Shown here: one piece after another, positions 22,419-33,720 of the stretch
Numbering within the stretch: the stretch's first letter is position 1
Layout of the letters: each line of letters begins with the position of its first letter
Notes under the pieces: model-generated
The model's database searches: none
The model's input: only the letters and a program-made list of their open reading frames with translations
What the model was told of the DNA's origin: nothing
Position numbers and translations under genes: made by a program
Assembly (NCBI GenBank): GCA_963706325.1
Contig: CAVPLT010000003.1
Coordinates: 16,910-80,909 of the forward strand
Source of the DNA: an uncultured Nitrospiraceae bacterium
GTDB lineage: Bacteria > Nitrospirota > Nitrospiria > Nitrospirales > Nitrospiraceae
DNA length: 64,000 bases
Direction: 5' to 3'

Positions 22419-24113
22419 ATGGTCTCACCAGCTCTACAGCTGTGTGCGCAGAGGAGAGTCATCCAGCTCCCAGTTATCCTGTGCGGTCTCGTCTTGCTCT
22501 ATATCCTCGCCGGGAAGTTTGGCCTTCAACTTGCTGTGTTTCACCCAAGTGCGACTCCGGTATGGCCTCCAGCTGGAATCAGCTTGGCGGCCTTTCTTCT
22601 ATTAGGATATTGGGTGTGGCCCGCAATCTTTCTCGGGGCCTTTGCTGTCAATGTCACTACAGCTGGTTCGATTGCCACCTCTCTCGGTATTGCGACCGGT
22701 AATACGTTGGAAGGGCTCCTGGGCGCATTTCTTGTCAACCATTTTGCCCACGGCCGAGAAGTTTTTGCCCAACAACGCGATGCGCTGACGTTTGTGCTTC
22801 TGGCTCCTATGCTTAGTACGACCGTGAGCGCAACTTCCGGCGTCACGAGTCTCTCAGTGGGGGGGTATGCTGACTGGGAGCGGTACAGTGCGATTTGGAT
22901 CACCTGGTGGCTGGGTGATGCCGTAGGGATTCTGATCGTCACGCCTGTTATTCTTCTCTGGGCAACGGACCATGCGATCAGCTGGAATCGCTACCAACTG
23001 CTGGAACTAGGTGTGTCGTTCACCCTCCTTTGCCTAGTGGCACTGTTTGTCTTTCAGAGCGGCCAGGCGATGATTGGTCCCAACTATCCACTCGGCTTCG
23101 TCATTCTCTCTATTCTGATTTGGGTCGCAGTCAGGCTCGGGCCACGGGAAACTTCAACGGCCGTCCTGCTGTGTGTAGGAATTGCAATCTGGGGAACGTT
23201 GCGGGGGGCCGGCCCTTTCGCTCGGGGCGGCCAAAATGAAACCTTGCTGCTGTTACAGGCCTTCATGGCTGTGATAGCCGTCACCGCATTAGCGTTAGCC
23301 GTCGGGGTCTCCGAACGAAGGCGCGTCGAGCAGGAACTGGAGCAGTTGAATCAGACGTTAGAACGACGGATTCAGGATCGAACGAGCACTCTTCAAGCGA
23401 CCGTCGAACAACTTCAAGAGTTCGACCGGCTGAAAAATGCCTTCGTCAGCATCGTCTCGCATGAACTGAGGACACCGCTGACCGCGATTAAGGGGTTCGT
23501 GGAGAATTTGCTGCAGGGATTGATTGGTCCTCTGAATGAGAAACAGAATTACTACCTTACCCGGATCCAACTCAATGCAGACCGTCTGACACGAATGCTG
23601 AATGAACTGCTGGACTTGTCAAAAATTGAGGCAGGGAGCATGGAGCTGTGTCCTACTTTGTTGTCCATCCAAGAGATACTCACTGATCTTCTAGAAGGGT
23701 TTCAGCCTCTCGCCCAGCGGAAATCGATCATGATGGAAGTGTTTGCTATGGAGAGTATGCCAAGGGTTCACGCTGATCGGGACAAATTGTATGAAGTGCT
23801 CGCGAATTTGTTGGAAAATGCGATCAAGTTCACGCCATCTGGTGGGCGCGTCCAGATCGACGCAGAGGTCCTCGATGATCGATACGTCAAAATCGGTGTT
23901 TCGGATACCGGTTGTGGGATCTCGGAAGAACATTTGCCGAAAGTCTTCGACAAGTTCTATCGAGTGCAACCGGGTTCTGGACATGCTGCGGGTGCTGGCT
24001 TAGGGCTGGCAATTGCGAAAGGGCTAATTGAGTTGCATGGGGGAACCATGGCCGTGGAAAGTTCATCGGGAAAAGGGAGTCATTTCTACTTCACCCTCCC
24101 TTACGCCACCTAG
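22419..24113 (+). CDS. MASE1-domain sensor histidine kinase
   Basis: PVWPPAG and WWLGDAVG (MASE1); VSHELRTPL, NLLENAIKF and GAGLGL. Confidence 0.93.
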   Translation: MVSPALQLCAQRRVIQLPVILCGLVLLYILAGKFGLQLAVFHPSATPVWPPAGISLAAFLLLGYWVWPAIFLGAFAVNVTTAGSIATSLGIATGNTLEGLLGAFLVNHFAHGREVFAQQRDALTFVLLAPMLSTTVSATSGVTSLSVGGYADWERYSAIWITWWLGDAVGILIVTPVILLWATDHAISWNRYQLLELGVSFTLLCLVALFVFQSGQAMIGPNYPLGFVILSILIWVAVRLGPRETSTAVLLCVGIAIWGTLRGAGPFARGGQNETLLLLQAFMAVIAVTALALAVGVSERRRVEQELEQLNQTLERRIQDRTSTLQATVEQLQEFDRLKNAFVSIVSHELRTPLTAIKGFVENLLQGLIGPLNEKQNYYLTRIQLNADRLTRMLNELLDLSKIEAGSMELCPTLLSIQEILTDLLEGFQPLAQRKSIMMEVFAMESMPRVHADRDKLYEVLANLLENAIKFTPSGGRVQIDAEVLDDRYVKIGVSDTGCGISEEHLPKVFDKFYRVQPGSGHAAGAGLGLAIAKGLIELHGGTMAVESSSGKGSHFYFTLPYAT

Positions 24114-24498
24114 CTACCGAGTTGCGGAAGTGAGGGCACCCGCGACTTCACGCATCAGAAAAACACGAAGGCCCCCGAAGGCGCTATCACCGGGGCCAGG
24201 TCGGTAACAGATGTTCCTGGGGATCCGCTTTATTGTTCCATAGCGTTGCTGCAAAATACTGAGTCAGCCGATTGCCGCGCGACCGCTGAAATGCTCGTCG
24301 GCGGTTCATCGGATTCACGTTCAGGTACCATCGTACGGATTGTTCCGATCTACTCATCCGAGGAGTGGAATACAATCTTCGATCGGGGCCCTCATCGAAG
24401 AACAGATTATTCCGGTGCATTGACTCCTTTCCGATGAGACAACTGCTCGTGAGTGATGCCGGCATCTCACCACTGTCACTCTTCTAAGACGTTAGCCG

Positions 24499-24714
24499 CT
24501 AGAGATAGAACCAAATGAGGAAGCCCGCGGCCAGCGCCGCGCTGACACCCCATAACAGCGCCAACCCACGTTTCGTCCGTCGCTCCATCTCGCGCTGTGC
24601 CGCTCGGCGAAAACCGGACACCGGATTCTGGCCGGCGATCCAGTCACGCAGTTGTCGGTCTGCAAGCGCCCTAAGACTGTCCTGGTCCCGACGGTGAATG
24701 TGCATACGACACAT
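24499..24714 (-). CDS. Small membrane-anchored hypothetical protein
   Basis: Basic region followed by a C-terminal TM helix. Confidence 0.45.
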   Translation of the reverse strand: MCRMHIHRRDQDSLRALADRQLRDWIAGQNPVSGFRRAAQREMERRTKRGLALLWGVSAALAAGFLIWFYL

Positions 24715-24797
24715 TCTGGCTTACGCTGCATCAATTGCTACCAATCGTACTGGGGCTCCACGGAGTGCCCTTCAGTCTCATTGTTGTACCGTTCCTG

Positions 24798-25211
24798 CTA
24801 CGGGTTGGTCGGTACCTGATTTTTGCGGAGCCCGTGGAGCCGGACGCAGACTCGCACGGCATTGAGCAACTTCTCCTGTGACACCGGCTTGATGAGATAG
24901 TCGCAGACGCCCTGCTTGGCGAGGATTTCGTTGAGGAGAAAATCCCGGTCGGCCGTCAGGACTACGAAGGGAACGGTGGGGTGGTGGGCTCTGAGGTGCG
25001 CGATCACTTCTGCTCCGTTAATTTTGGGCATTTGGAGATCACAGACGATCGTCGCGATGTCCCCCGCCTGGCTGGAATTCTTCAGCCAGGCAATAGCGGC
25101 CTCGCCGTCGGAAGCTTCCACCACCTGATACCCGGCCTTCGTCAGCATCAGGCGGACGACACGCCGGATATCGGTATCGTCGTCTATGATCATCACGCTC
25201 GCGGCGGCCAT
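24798..25211 (-). CDS. Single-domain CheY-like response regulator
   Basis: IIDDD, CDLQMPKING, LTA and YLIKP; GGAGG RBS. Confidence 0.9.
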   Translation of the reverse strand: MAAASVMIIDDDTDIRRVVRLMLTKAGYQVVEASDGEAAIAWLKNSSQAGDIATIVCDLQMPKINGAEVIAHLRAHHPTVPFVVLTADRDFLLNEILAKQGVCDYLIKPVSQEKLLNAVRVCVRLHGLRKNQVPTNP

Positions 25212-25632
25212 CGATACCTCCGAGAAGGCGACACTAGGTTTAACAGCATAGACTGTCAAGCCTCCCTCGCTTGGTCCAGTGAAACAATAATGCCACTATT
25301 TCCCCCTCGTACAGCCCAGGCGGAAGCATCGCTGGGAATACGGTCAGAGCACGAAGGAAAGTAGCAGACGAGCCACTAACTTGGTTGAGTCAGGTAGGCA
25401 TTACAACTGAGGATGTTCCTAGAGTCCAGTTGCATAGACCCGGCACTTTTGTGCTAACCCTATGAGTATGCGCTCGGCGCTGATAGAGGTTGGCGGTGGG
25501 TGGAGGTCGCTACCTGGTAGGTTGGACAAGGAACTGCATGTAAAATTGCGAGCTGTCGCAAAGATGTAACCTCCCACCCCCGATCGATAAATCCGCACCA
25601 TGACACTGCTCGCATTCATGCTCGCCCGGCGT

Positions 25633-26319
25633 TCAATCCTCCTCGCCCACGCCCAGCACGATCAGAACTGCATAGTCCTGTTTCGCGCAGCCCTCAACGC
25701 GAGGCATCGCTCCCCCGGGCGCAACTGGGAACACAGTCTTCGGCGCATGTTCCGGCGAGCACGAACCACCACCTGCTGCCGGTGTATAGCGCGCAGAGCG
25801 GCACGCCAGGTGCGTCACGTCATAGAGTGTCGCACCCTTCTCGAGTTCCCAGCGGGTGTCGCCATTCCTGTCGGCAGGATGAATGGTCAGCACAGCCGTC
25901 ACATCGCGGGCGCCGGTGACCAGGTATCTGCCGGGAGGGAGCGGAAAGGCCGGCTGCTCCATAATCAAGCCGTGCTCCTCCAGCCACCAGTCCATGCTGT
26001 CGAATTTCCAGCGCGCCGGAGCGAGGCCGCCTGTCTCCTTCAACCGTTGATAGTTCTGCAGCTTGACGCCCCGAGGACCGGGGTCCAGAGGCCACAGACC
26101 CCAGAATTGCGCGCCGCTCCCAGAGGTCGCACCCGGATCGCCCAACGCCGCGATGTACTGTGTCGAAATGGTTTGGAACTTCGGTTGAGTTCCGCCTGCG
26201 GCGTGGGCGTGGCCCCGACTCAGATGAAATGCGGAGACCTCAAACAAACCAAGCAGAATGAGAACTAGGATGAGCAAAGAACAGGTACGGGAAGAAGAAC
26301 CACCCTCGTGTTTTGTCAT
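25633..26319 (-). CDS. Secreted hypothetical protein
   Basis: Signal/TM segment then QYIAALG, WGLWPLDPGPRGV, WWLEEHGLIME and LYDVTHLACRSARY. Confidence 0.75.
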   Translation of the reverse strand: MTKHEGGSSSRTCSLLILVLILLGLFEVSAFHLSRGHAHAAGGTQPKFQTISTQYIAALGDPGATSGSGAQFWGLWPLDPGPRGVKLQNYQRLKETGGLAPARWKFDSMDWWLEEHGLIMEQPAFPLPPGRYLVTGARDVTAVLTIHPADRNGDTRWELEKGATLYDVTHLACRSARYTPAAGGGSCSPEHAPKTVFPVAPGGAMPRVEGCAKQDYAVLIVLGVGEED

Positions 26320-26521
26320 CTTCGCTCCTGTGTTACCGTCGCCGGTAACGAACTGATAATTTAAGGCTGCATGGCGTGGGCTTCGAAACAAAGGAGGCTA
26401 CGACCTCATTCCCAATGCAACTTGCACGCGGAGATCAAACGGTTGGCTCCAATCGGATTCGCTGACACAAACGCGGGCTCAGAAGTCCCGCCGCTTAAAG
26501 GGGTGGACTCGCCGAAGGAGA

Positions 26522-26926
26522 TTACGAACCGGTGGCAGCACCGCTCTGACGTGGCTCCCGATAGCAAATCTCCAGACGGTTGCCGCTGGGGTCTTCAAAG
26601 AACACGGCATAGTAACCTGGCTCTTCATACAGCGGGCCTTCAATATTCCGAGCCCCCGCTTTGACTGCCATCGCAGCCAGCCGCTCGACCTCCGCATGGT
26701 TATCCGCCCAAAAGGCGATGCGGCATTCGTTGGCCACATGGCGCGGCGACTCAGTCAGGCCAAAGAACACCGGGACCTCGCTTCCCCCCGACGCTTCATA
26801 GGTCACCCATCCCGCTATTCCCGCCTCATGTGTAAAGCCGAGGGCCGGCAGCATTACCTCATAAAAGGGCCGCGCCGCAGCCAGGTCATGCACGCGCAGG
26901 TCGATGTGATCAAAATGCCGTGGCAT
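26522..26926 (-). CDS. VOC/glyoxalase family protein
   Basis: FDHIDLRV...YYAVFFEDPSGNRLE. Confidence 0.92.
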   Translation of the reverse strand: MPRHFDHIDLRVHDLAAARPFYEVMLPALGFTHEAGIAGWVTYEASGGSEVPVFFGLTESPRHVANECRIAFWADNHAEVERLAAMAVKAGARNIEGPLYEEPGYYAVFFEDPSGNRLEICYREPRQSGAATGS

Positions 26927-27772
26927 GGCTTCACTCTACACGACTCGATAGACAAGTAGGAAGTCGTGGAAGTCCTGGCATCAGCGCCGAGAATGGAACG
27001 GCGTGGTCAACGCGGCCTGATGGTGAGCCTGGGCCGTCTCGCTGATTTTCGCTTTGGGATACCGCCTGAGACGAGCTGTTTCCACCGGATTCAGGCTGAC
27101 AAGACGAAGGCCGTACTAGAGTCTTCGTGCCCAACAGACCGAGGCGGTGTTCGCGAGCACCGGTTTGACCGGATCAGGAAAAAGGATGAACAGACCCACG
27201 GTCAAGACCGGGGCGAGGGAGTGCTCTGTGAGGAGTGACCGGTGTCGTCGCGAGACATTACTGAACTCGCTCATTCAGACGCCGCCAACTCGACAGCTCG
27301 GCTTCGTCAAAGGTGACATGCCTGTCCATGGGCGTCCACCACGGTGATGCGTCCGCCAGCTAGTTATTCGTTTCTCTCCGCCACAACTGGCTCATAATCT
27401 TTCCGGTTTCATACTGCCTTCAGGGGCTGTCAGCGAAGAATTCCGGACGCTTGAGCAAGTGAGGTGCCGCGCCACGTTCTTCTGTTAAGAAAACCGGACT
27501 TCCGGATAAGACACCACGAGAAAGAGCCCCTATAGTGGGACGTGTCGTTGGGGAGCGATGTGTCGATGTACGAGGGGACTACCAGAATATCCGGTCCCAT
27601 CACGATGCAGGCCATCATTTTGGATGATGCGCGAGTGGCACATCGCCGGAGCAACGTGGGAATGGAGCCATGATCGCACGATTGTCCGCATTCTCTTTAC
27701 GGAATAGCTTTCAATGGGATCACTCCTCTTCAATCCAACCACATCCATTCGGCGTTCAGAAGGAGGCATGTT

Positions 27773-29407
27773 ATGACACTCACCCACATCATCGGATTCG
27801 CCGCAGCTGTTCTGCTCGCCAGCGCGACGCCAAGCTCAGGCACGGGATCGACCGTGGCGCCGGCGCCGTCCGACACGGTCCCGCTGTACACGAACCTCGG
27901 TTCCCATCACAAACGTATCTCCACCAGAGTCCCGGCCGCACAGCAGTACTTCGACCAGGGCCTCCGACTCGTCTACGGATTCAATCACGCGGAGGCGATC
28001 CGCTCGTTCACACACGCCGCCGCGCTCGATCCCACCTGCGCGATGTGCTATTGGGGGATCGCACTGGCCTACGGCCCGCACGTCAACGCCCCCATGGACG
28101 CCGCGAGCGGAATCGCTGCATACACGGCGGCACACAAGGCGCTGGCGCTCACGTCCCACGCCACGGCATCTGAGCGCGCGTACATCGAGGCAGTCGGGCA
28201 GCGCTACGCGGAGGTTCCGCCGTCTGATCGTGCCCAGTTGGACACGTTGTACTCGAGGGCGATGGAACGGGTTACCCACACGTATCCCAAGGACCTCGAT
28301 GCCGCAACCCTGTACGCCGAATCGCTCATGGATCTCCGCCCGTGGAACTACTGGCGACCCGACGGCACTCCCTACCCAGGCACCAAGGACATCGTCCGCC
28401 AGCTTGAGAGAGTTATCTCGCGCAACCCGAACCATCCTGGCGCGTGCCATTACTACATCCACGCAGTCGAAGCGGTGAACCCGCAGGCCGCGGTGCCGTG
28501 CGCTGAGCGGCTCGCTCGGCTGATGCCGGGCGAAGGGCACATGGTTCACATGCCCGCACACATCTACATCCGGGTCGGACGGTGGAATGACGCCGTGCAG
28601 GCGAACCAACACGCCATCCACACTGACGAGGCGTTCATCGAAGGGCAGCACCCCACTGGCGTCTATCCGCTCGCGTACTATCCCCATAACATCCACTTCC
28701 TCGCCTTCGCCTCCACGATGGGAGGCCGCAGTGCGCAGGCGATCGAGGCGTCGAAGACGCTTACCTCCAAGGTGAACCTTGATGCCGCCCGCCAGGTCGG
28801 GCTGCTACAGGAGATGCTGCCATACCACGCGCTGACGCTTACGACGTTTGGAAAATGGGACGCCGTGCTTGCCGAACCGCTTCCGCCGGAAGACATCCGC
28901 TTCTCATATGCCCTGGCGTCCTATGCGCGCGGCGTGGCGCATGCCGCCAAGGAACAGTGGGCGGAGGCTCAGACCGCGCTCGACACGGTGACGGAAATCA
29001 ACGCCGCGACGCCCGACGGGGCCGAGGGCAAGACGGCGCTCGCGATCGCCGTGCACGCGCTGGCCGGCGAGATTGCCACACGCCGCGGCGAGCTTGACGC
29101 GGGTATCAACCACTTTCGGAAGGCCATCAAGATTGAGGACGCGGGACTCTACTTCGAACCACCCAAGTGGTATTACCCGATTCGGCATTCACTCGGCGCC
29201 GCCCTGTTGAAGGCGCGGCGACATGCCGAGGCCGAGAAGATGTATCGAGAAGACCTCCGGCGGTTCCCCGAGAACGGCTGGTCGCTCTTCGGCCTCGCGC
29301 AGGCGCTCCGGGCGCAGGGGAAGAACACTGAAGCGGCCGCAGCGGACGCGCGCTTCCGCCGAGCGTGGGCAAGCACGGACATGATGCTGACAGCATCGAG
29401 GTTCTAG
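27773..29407 (+). CDS. Secreted tetratricopeptide-repeat protein
   Basis: Signal peptide; AQQYFDQGL..YGFNHAEA, HPGACHYYIH, HMVHMPAHIY and PENGWSLFGL. Confidence 0.9.
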   Translation: MTLTHIIGFAAAVLLASATPSSGTGSTVAPAPSDTVPLYTNLGSHHKRISTRVPAAQQYFDQGLRLVYGFNHAEAIRSFTHAAALDPTCAMCYWGIALAYGPHVNAPMDAASGIAAYTAAHKALALTSHATASERAYIEAVGQRYAEVPPSDRAQLDTLYSRAMERVTHTYPKDLDAATLYAESLMDLRPWNYWRPDGTPYPGTKDIVRQLERVISRNPNHPGACHYYIHAVEAVNPQAAVPCAERLARLMPGEGHMVHMPAHIYIRVGRWNDAVQANQHAIHTDEAFIEGQHPTGVYPLAYYPHNIHFLAFASTMGGRSAQAIEASKTLTSKVNLDAARQVGLLQEMLPYHALTLTTFGKWDAVLAEPLPPEDIRFSYALASYARGVAHAAKEQWAEAQTALDTVTEINAATPDGAEGKTALAIAVHALAGEIATRRGELDAGINHFRKAIKIEDAGLYFEPPKWYYPIRHSLGAALLKARRHAEAEKMYREDLRRFPENGWSLFGLAQALRAQGKNTEAAAADARFRRAWASTDMMLTASRF

Positions 29408-29877
29408 CGGATGAAGTGACCTTTTGGTTCACTCCTGGCCGGCTTATACGCGATAACCCACGATAAGAAAGCGAGGCCTACGATGACACAGCATGAATGT
29501 TCGGACCATGAATCAGCGACTAGCAATGTACGACGGCCGGCCCATCCGTCTGCAGGCCTCGTGGCACGCGCATATATGTAATTCTTCCGGTGCAGGCTCA
29601 GCTGCAGAGGCGACAATATCAGAAAGGTACACCATTAGGCCGAAGGCCGCAGGTGAATATTGCTCACTTTCAACTGAAGACGGCGGGATCACTAGATCTC
29701 AAACAACTATTCCTCGTTAAGGCAGGAGACGCAGGCCGTGACTCTAGTTCTGAGGGTAGCCCTTTTATTGCAACGCTTTTAGAATTGCTCGGTGATACGT
29801 GTTCGGTGTCATCGTAACCGTCGCATCGGCCGCGTATTAAGGCCTAAGTCTTCCTCTGCACGACCCACTCGCTTTCA

Positions 29878-30907
29878 TCAGAAATGATAATCGCCTCCAA
29901 TCGAGACAATCGTGTCATTGAAATCCCTCAGCGCATTCGTCGAGATACGTTGCGTGCGCTGGAAGCTTAGGAGTGCGGACCCTTTGGCAGTCAGTTGATA
30001 GCGGAACGTTGCCATTCCCTGATGGGTGAAATCCTCGCGCCCCTGATGCGTGTCCCCCGCAAGGCCGCTGGTGAATGTCTTTCGCACATGGAGATACACT
30101 AAGTCGAGGGAGAGCTTGGTGGCCACCCGTAGCTCTGTCCCGAAGGACAGGAGGTGAATTATAGTAGGACACGTCATCCATGAACTGAGGTTCCTCCCGA
30201 CCATCCGCGAGACCGCGTTCATACAGGTACCCCATGGAGAACTTTACCCAGGGGGTCACCCGGTAGTCGAACCGCGGGCCGGCTGCGTAGAATCGTGTGT
30301 CACGTTCAGCGAAGGGTTGGTTGTACAACCGCAGCCCATACCGGGTCACAAAGGTGGCAGCGACGTGCTCGTTAAGTTGTCGCTGGAGTTCCGCTCTCCA
30401 CGTGTGAGACGTGACCCGTTCATCGGTGAGTGATTGGCTGCCGCTTCGCCGCTCAACATTCGGCCCAAGAAAAAGGTTCGGCACATAGCGGTACCGTAAT
30501 AAAACGGATGTGTCCGGGTTCAGCCACTGGCGGTCCTGAATACGAAATTCACCATGATTGAAGATTGGCTTGTCGGTGTAGATGTACCCGTGGGCTTTGA
30601 CTGATAGTTCATCCAGGCCCACATGGTTCGAGTCGGAGCGAATAACCTCGACCGTCGGTTCCCAAATCACGTCTTCCGACTTGTCTAAAGGCACCACCGT
30701 CGGCTGCGAAGGATCCTCACTGAGAGCGAGCCGGCGGGCGGAGGAAAACTGGAATGCGTCGGTCGTGTAACTTGTCCGCTGTTCCGCGATGGCCGACCAT
30801 TCTCCCCTGGCCGGCTGGCAGACCGACAATGACGCAACCACGACTGCACCAACAAGAAGAATACCTCGACCGCATGTCGCAGGATGTCCCCTCAGCCCTT
30901 GCCACAT
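29878..30907 (-). pseudogene. Outer-membrane beta-barrel protein with one frameshift near 30157
   Basis: The N-terminal frame breaks after DVSYYN; a second frame continues HLLSFGTELR...IGGDYHF with a terminal Phe. Confidence 0.75.
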
Positions 30908-30910
30908 GGC

Positions 30911-31393
30911 TCATTGCTTGCCGAAAGACCGGACGTACAGCAGCACCTGCCACGCCTCTTCTTCGGTCAGGACTAAGGGCACAAAGGATGCCATATCCGT
31001 TCCCGGGCTTCCGTTTTTGAGAATCCAGAACAGCTCCCCGTCTGATCGGGCCGCCTGCCAGATATGATCGGTAAAGTTTCTGGGCAGTTTTCCACGCAAA
31101 TCGGGAATATCGGCTAAACCCCGCCCATCCTGCCCATGACACGTCGCGCAAAAGGCCTTCCCCTGGAAGATTGCCTTCCCCCTTGCAATGTTCTCAGGTG
31201 TCGCCTCGAAAGGGTTCGTCCATTGGCGGGCTCCGTCAATGAGGTGAGCTGGCACCCTCGGGCGCAAGATTTCTGCGTCACTCCCGAGGGTGAGACGAGG
31301 CCATGCGGCCGCTAGCACCGTGGCTGCCACGATCAAGGACCTGCTCCCCACGTGGGTTCCGCACATGGTGCGTCCTATTTCATTCTTAGCCAT
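30911..31393 (-). CDS. Periplasmic monoheme cytochrome c
   Basis: CATCH heme motif; SDGELFWILKNGSPGTDM with distal Met. Confidence 0.92.
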   Translation of the reverse strand: MAKNEIGRTMCGTHVGSRSLIVAATVLAAAWPRLTLGSDAEILRPRVPAHLIDGARQWTNPFEATPENIARGKAIFQGKAFCATCHGQDGRGLADIPDLRGKLPRNFTDHIWQAARSDGELFWILKNGSPGTDMASFVPLVLTEEEAWQVLLYVRSFGKQ

Positions 31394-31408
31394 GGTCAGG
31401 GCCCGACG

Positions 31409-31930
31409 CTATTTGTCTGCGTAACCTGGAAATTTGTGCCCCAGCGATTGCGGGAAGGTGACAGTGCCGTCGGGGAATTCCTGGCCTTTCTGCCACAGAT
31501 GGTAAATCACGCCATCGGTCTTGGAGGCGACGTCCGCGACGGCCTTGGCTTGGTCCTCAGGCATATCGAGTATTTGAACCCGGCCAGTGGCAATCTCCAC
31601 CTTGTGGTCATGGAAATGCCGATGCCACTGGATCGCCGGAAGTTTTCTGGTGAGATCTTTGGAGACAAAGTATTCAATCGCCACGAGCGGCGCTTTGGGA
31701 TGGGTGGATTCAAACAGCAAGCATTGCAAAATTTGATCGGAAATGCCCTTGCAGTAGTGATGATAGGGGCCGCCGGGGGTTCCATCGGGCATCATGTGCG
31801 GAGCCTGCACATGTATGTCATATCCGAAGGCCGGTGACGCATCTGTGGCCGTTACCGGCCTGGGGAACATCCCCACGACCACGAGTCCTGCAAGTAGGCA
31901 CATAGGGATTAAACGCCTGACATCACACAT
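31409..31930 (-). CDS. Secreted DUF1264/OBAP-family His-rich protein
   Basis: HHYCK, QCLLFES, LVAIEYF and FHDHKVEI; signal peptide; AGGAGG RBS. Confidence 0.8.
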   Translation of the reverse strand: MCDVRRLIPMCLLAGLVVVGMFPRPVTATDASPAFGYDIHVQAPHMMPDGTPGGPYHHYCKGISDQILQCLLFESTHPKAPLVAIEYFVSKDLTRKLPAIQWHRHFHDHKVEIATGRVQILDMPEDQAKAVADVASKTDGVIYHLWQKGQEFPDGTVTFPQSLGHKFPGYADK

Positions 31931-32285
31931 AGCGACCCTCCTTTAAGAACTTACTGCCGTTGATAATGTGGAACACTCTAGTTGAGGCACTTGCAGGGTC
32001 CCATCGGTAGGTACGACGAGTGGCCTATACAAGTTTCGTGAGGCGCGCATATGGCCTCGCTCACTGGAGAATAACGCCGCCAGGGCGGCTTTGAGAAAGG
32101 TACACCCTGAGGCCGAAGCAGACTGGTCACAATTGCTCATAATCGCTCTCACGGACATCGCGTTTGGTTCCGGCGGTTATTGCGGTCACGGTCGTTCTAG
32201 CCTTAGAATACTCGGAAATATGAAAGGCATAAAAAAACGAGCACATGGGTCCCCTCCAGCTCCCGCCCACCCCGACCAGCGACGT

Positions 32286-32357
32286 ATGGCGCGCACACCC
32301 GCCACCGTATTTAACTCCACTGCCTTCCTGGCTCAAGTGGGCTGGGGAAAAACCACG
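32286..32357 (+). pseudogene. 5' fragment of a Crp/Fnr regulator (paralog of 5563-6219)
   Basis: MARTPATVFNSTAFLAQVGWGKT vs MARTPSTAFNPTAFLAKVGSGKT; upstream DNA also homologous. Confidence 0.85.
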
Positions 32358-32668
32358 GTGTACTACTCCAAGCCGAGCATCATCAACAACTTCGATGCTT
32401 CCTGTGGTCTAGCACCTCACGCTGCGTTACCATCTAACCGTGACTAAAACCGGATGGTTCAGGCCAAGCCTGTGCCGAGGGGACGAGTACTGCGATATGA
32501 TCGAATAAGGGTTCTGCGCCCTGTCTAATGATTTTAAAATCCTCAGGGCTGTGGCTGGAAAATCCATCTTTGCGTTTAAGGGCACCCCCCCATAGGCCCG
32601 CTGTGGAGACGGTCGCGGGGACCCCATACACGCCCCCAGGTCACTCTGCTCCATTGCTTGAACGAATT

Positions 32669-33067
32669 TTAGGCCTTGATATGGGGATGGCCTTGATCAG
32701 GCCCGAGTCGTAATTTTCCACTGAGGAAATACCGCTCTACGGCGTAGCTTGCGCCTCCCCGATTAGTCACTGTCCTTTCGTCCCACTCATCACTGTATCG
32801 ATTCTGTATCGCGAAAACGTCGACGAGATTTATTCGGCTCTCGCCCTGATCGTACCTCCAGGTGCCGGATGCCCGTAGGACGTCCGATCTGCCTTTGACT
32901 TTAATCTCTTGTATATAGGTGCCATCAGACTCGAGTTTGAGGGTGTCGGTTCCAAAGTCAAACTCGGCCACGTAGGTTCCGGGTATTTCTTTCGGGTCTG
33001 GATGCAACAGACATCCGGATGTCAGTACAACAAATGCTACTGGGGCAACTAGGTGCCACAATGTCAT
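32669..33067 (-). CDS. Putative lipoprotein
   Basis: Lipobox-like LTSGC; GTYV...LESDGTY...GTW beta-rich pattern. Confidence 0.65.
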   Translation of the reverse strand: MTLWHLVAPVAFVVLTSGCLLHPDPKEIPGTYVAEFDFGTDTLKLESDGTYIQEIKVKGRSDVLRASGTWRYDQGESRINLVDVFAIQNRYSDEWDERTVTNRGGASYAVERYFLSGKLRLGPDQGHPHIKA

Positions 33068-33329
33068 TGCTGGTACCTTCGCCCATATTCGAATGGGCGC
33101 CCTCCGTATGAACCAGCGGATGCCCTCCGAACTATAGAGCAACCTGTCGAGGTTTGATGCTTTTCAGTGATGCGCCTCACAGCCGGGGTGATCGCAGGGG
33201 CATGAAGCAGTGCCCTCGGGTGTGGTCGCGGCAGTTTCGCATTTAGTGCCACAATACTTCTGTCCGTCAAACTTGGCATGAACAGGATGAATGTGCACAT
33301 TTAGAAGCTGTCATGTCTTCCTCCTATAC

Positions 33330-33720
33330 GGGGGAATCTACAAGAAAGCAGTTCCGAAGTTCCGGTGTCTCAAGCACGTGATCGCGAGTCGCCGTCTCGA
33401 TATGCGAGCGATTCGGCCTGCCGGGCGCGACAGGCGAGAGTCCACCATAATGCGGTTCTCAAGTTGCGTCACTCGGGCACCGTCGTGGCGAGTTTGGTCG
33501 CCAAGCCCTTGCCTTCCTACGTGCTGACGATGCCATGCAGGACCACATGGCCATCATTCACCTGGACCGACAAAGTGTTCCATTGAATATCGTCTTCAAG
33601 CCGTAAGCGCCTCTCGACTCTCGACTTGGTCTCATAGTCCGAACTCCTGGACCCCATCGTCTCGTGCCGCAGAGCGTCCTCGCCCTTCGTCACTTTCACC
33701 TGGCCAGCCATGACTGGGCT
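33330..33720 (-). pseudogene. BON-domain protein remnant
   Basis: KSRVERRLRLEDDIQWNTLSVQVNDGHVVLHGIV followed by an in-frame stop. Confidence 0.65.

Noticed and set aside
32530..32660. GC-run-rich segment as a phage cos site
   Set aside because: Only a general resemblance; no alignable repeat and no terminase gene
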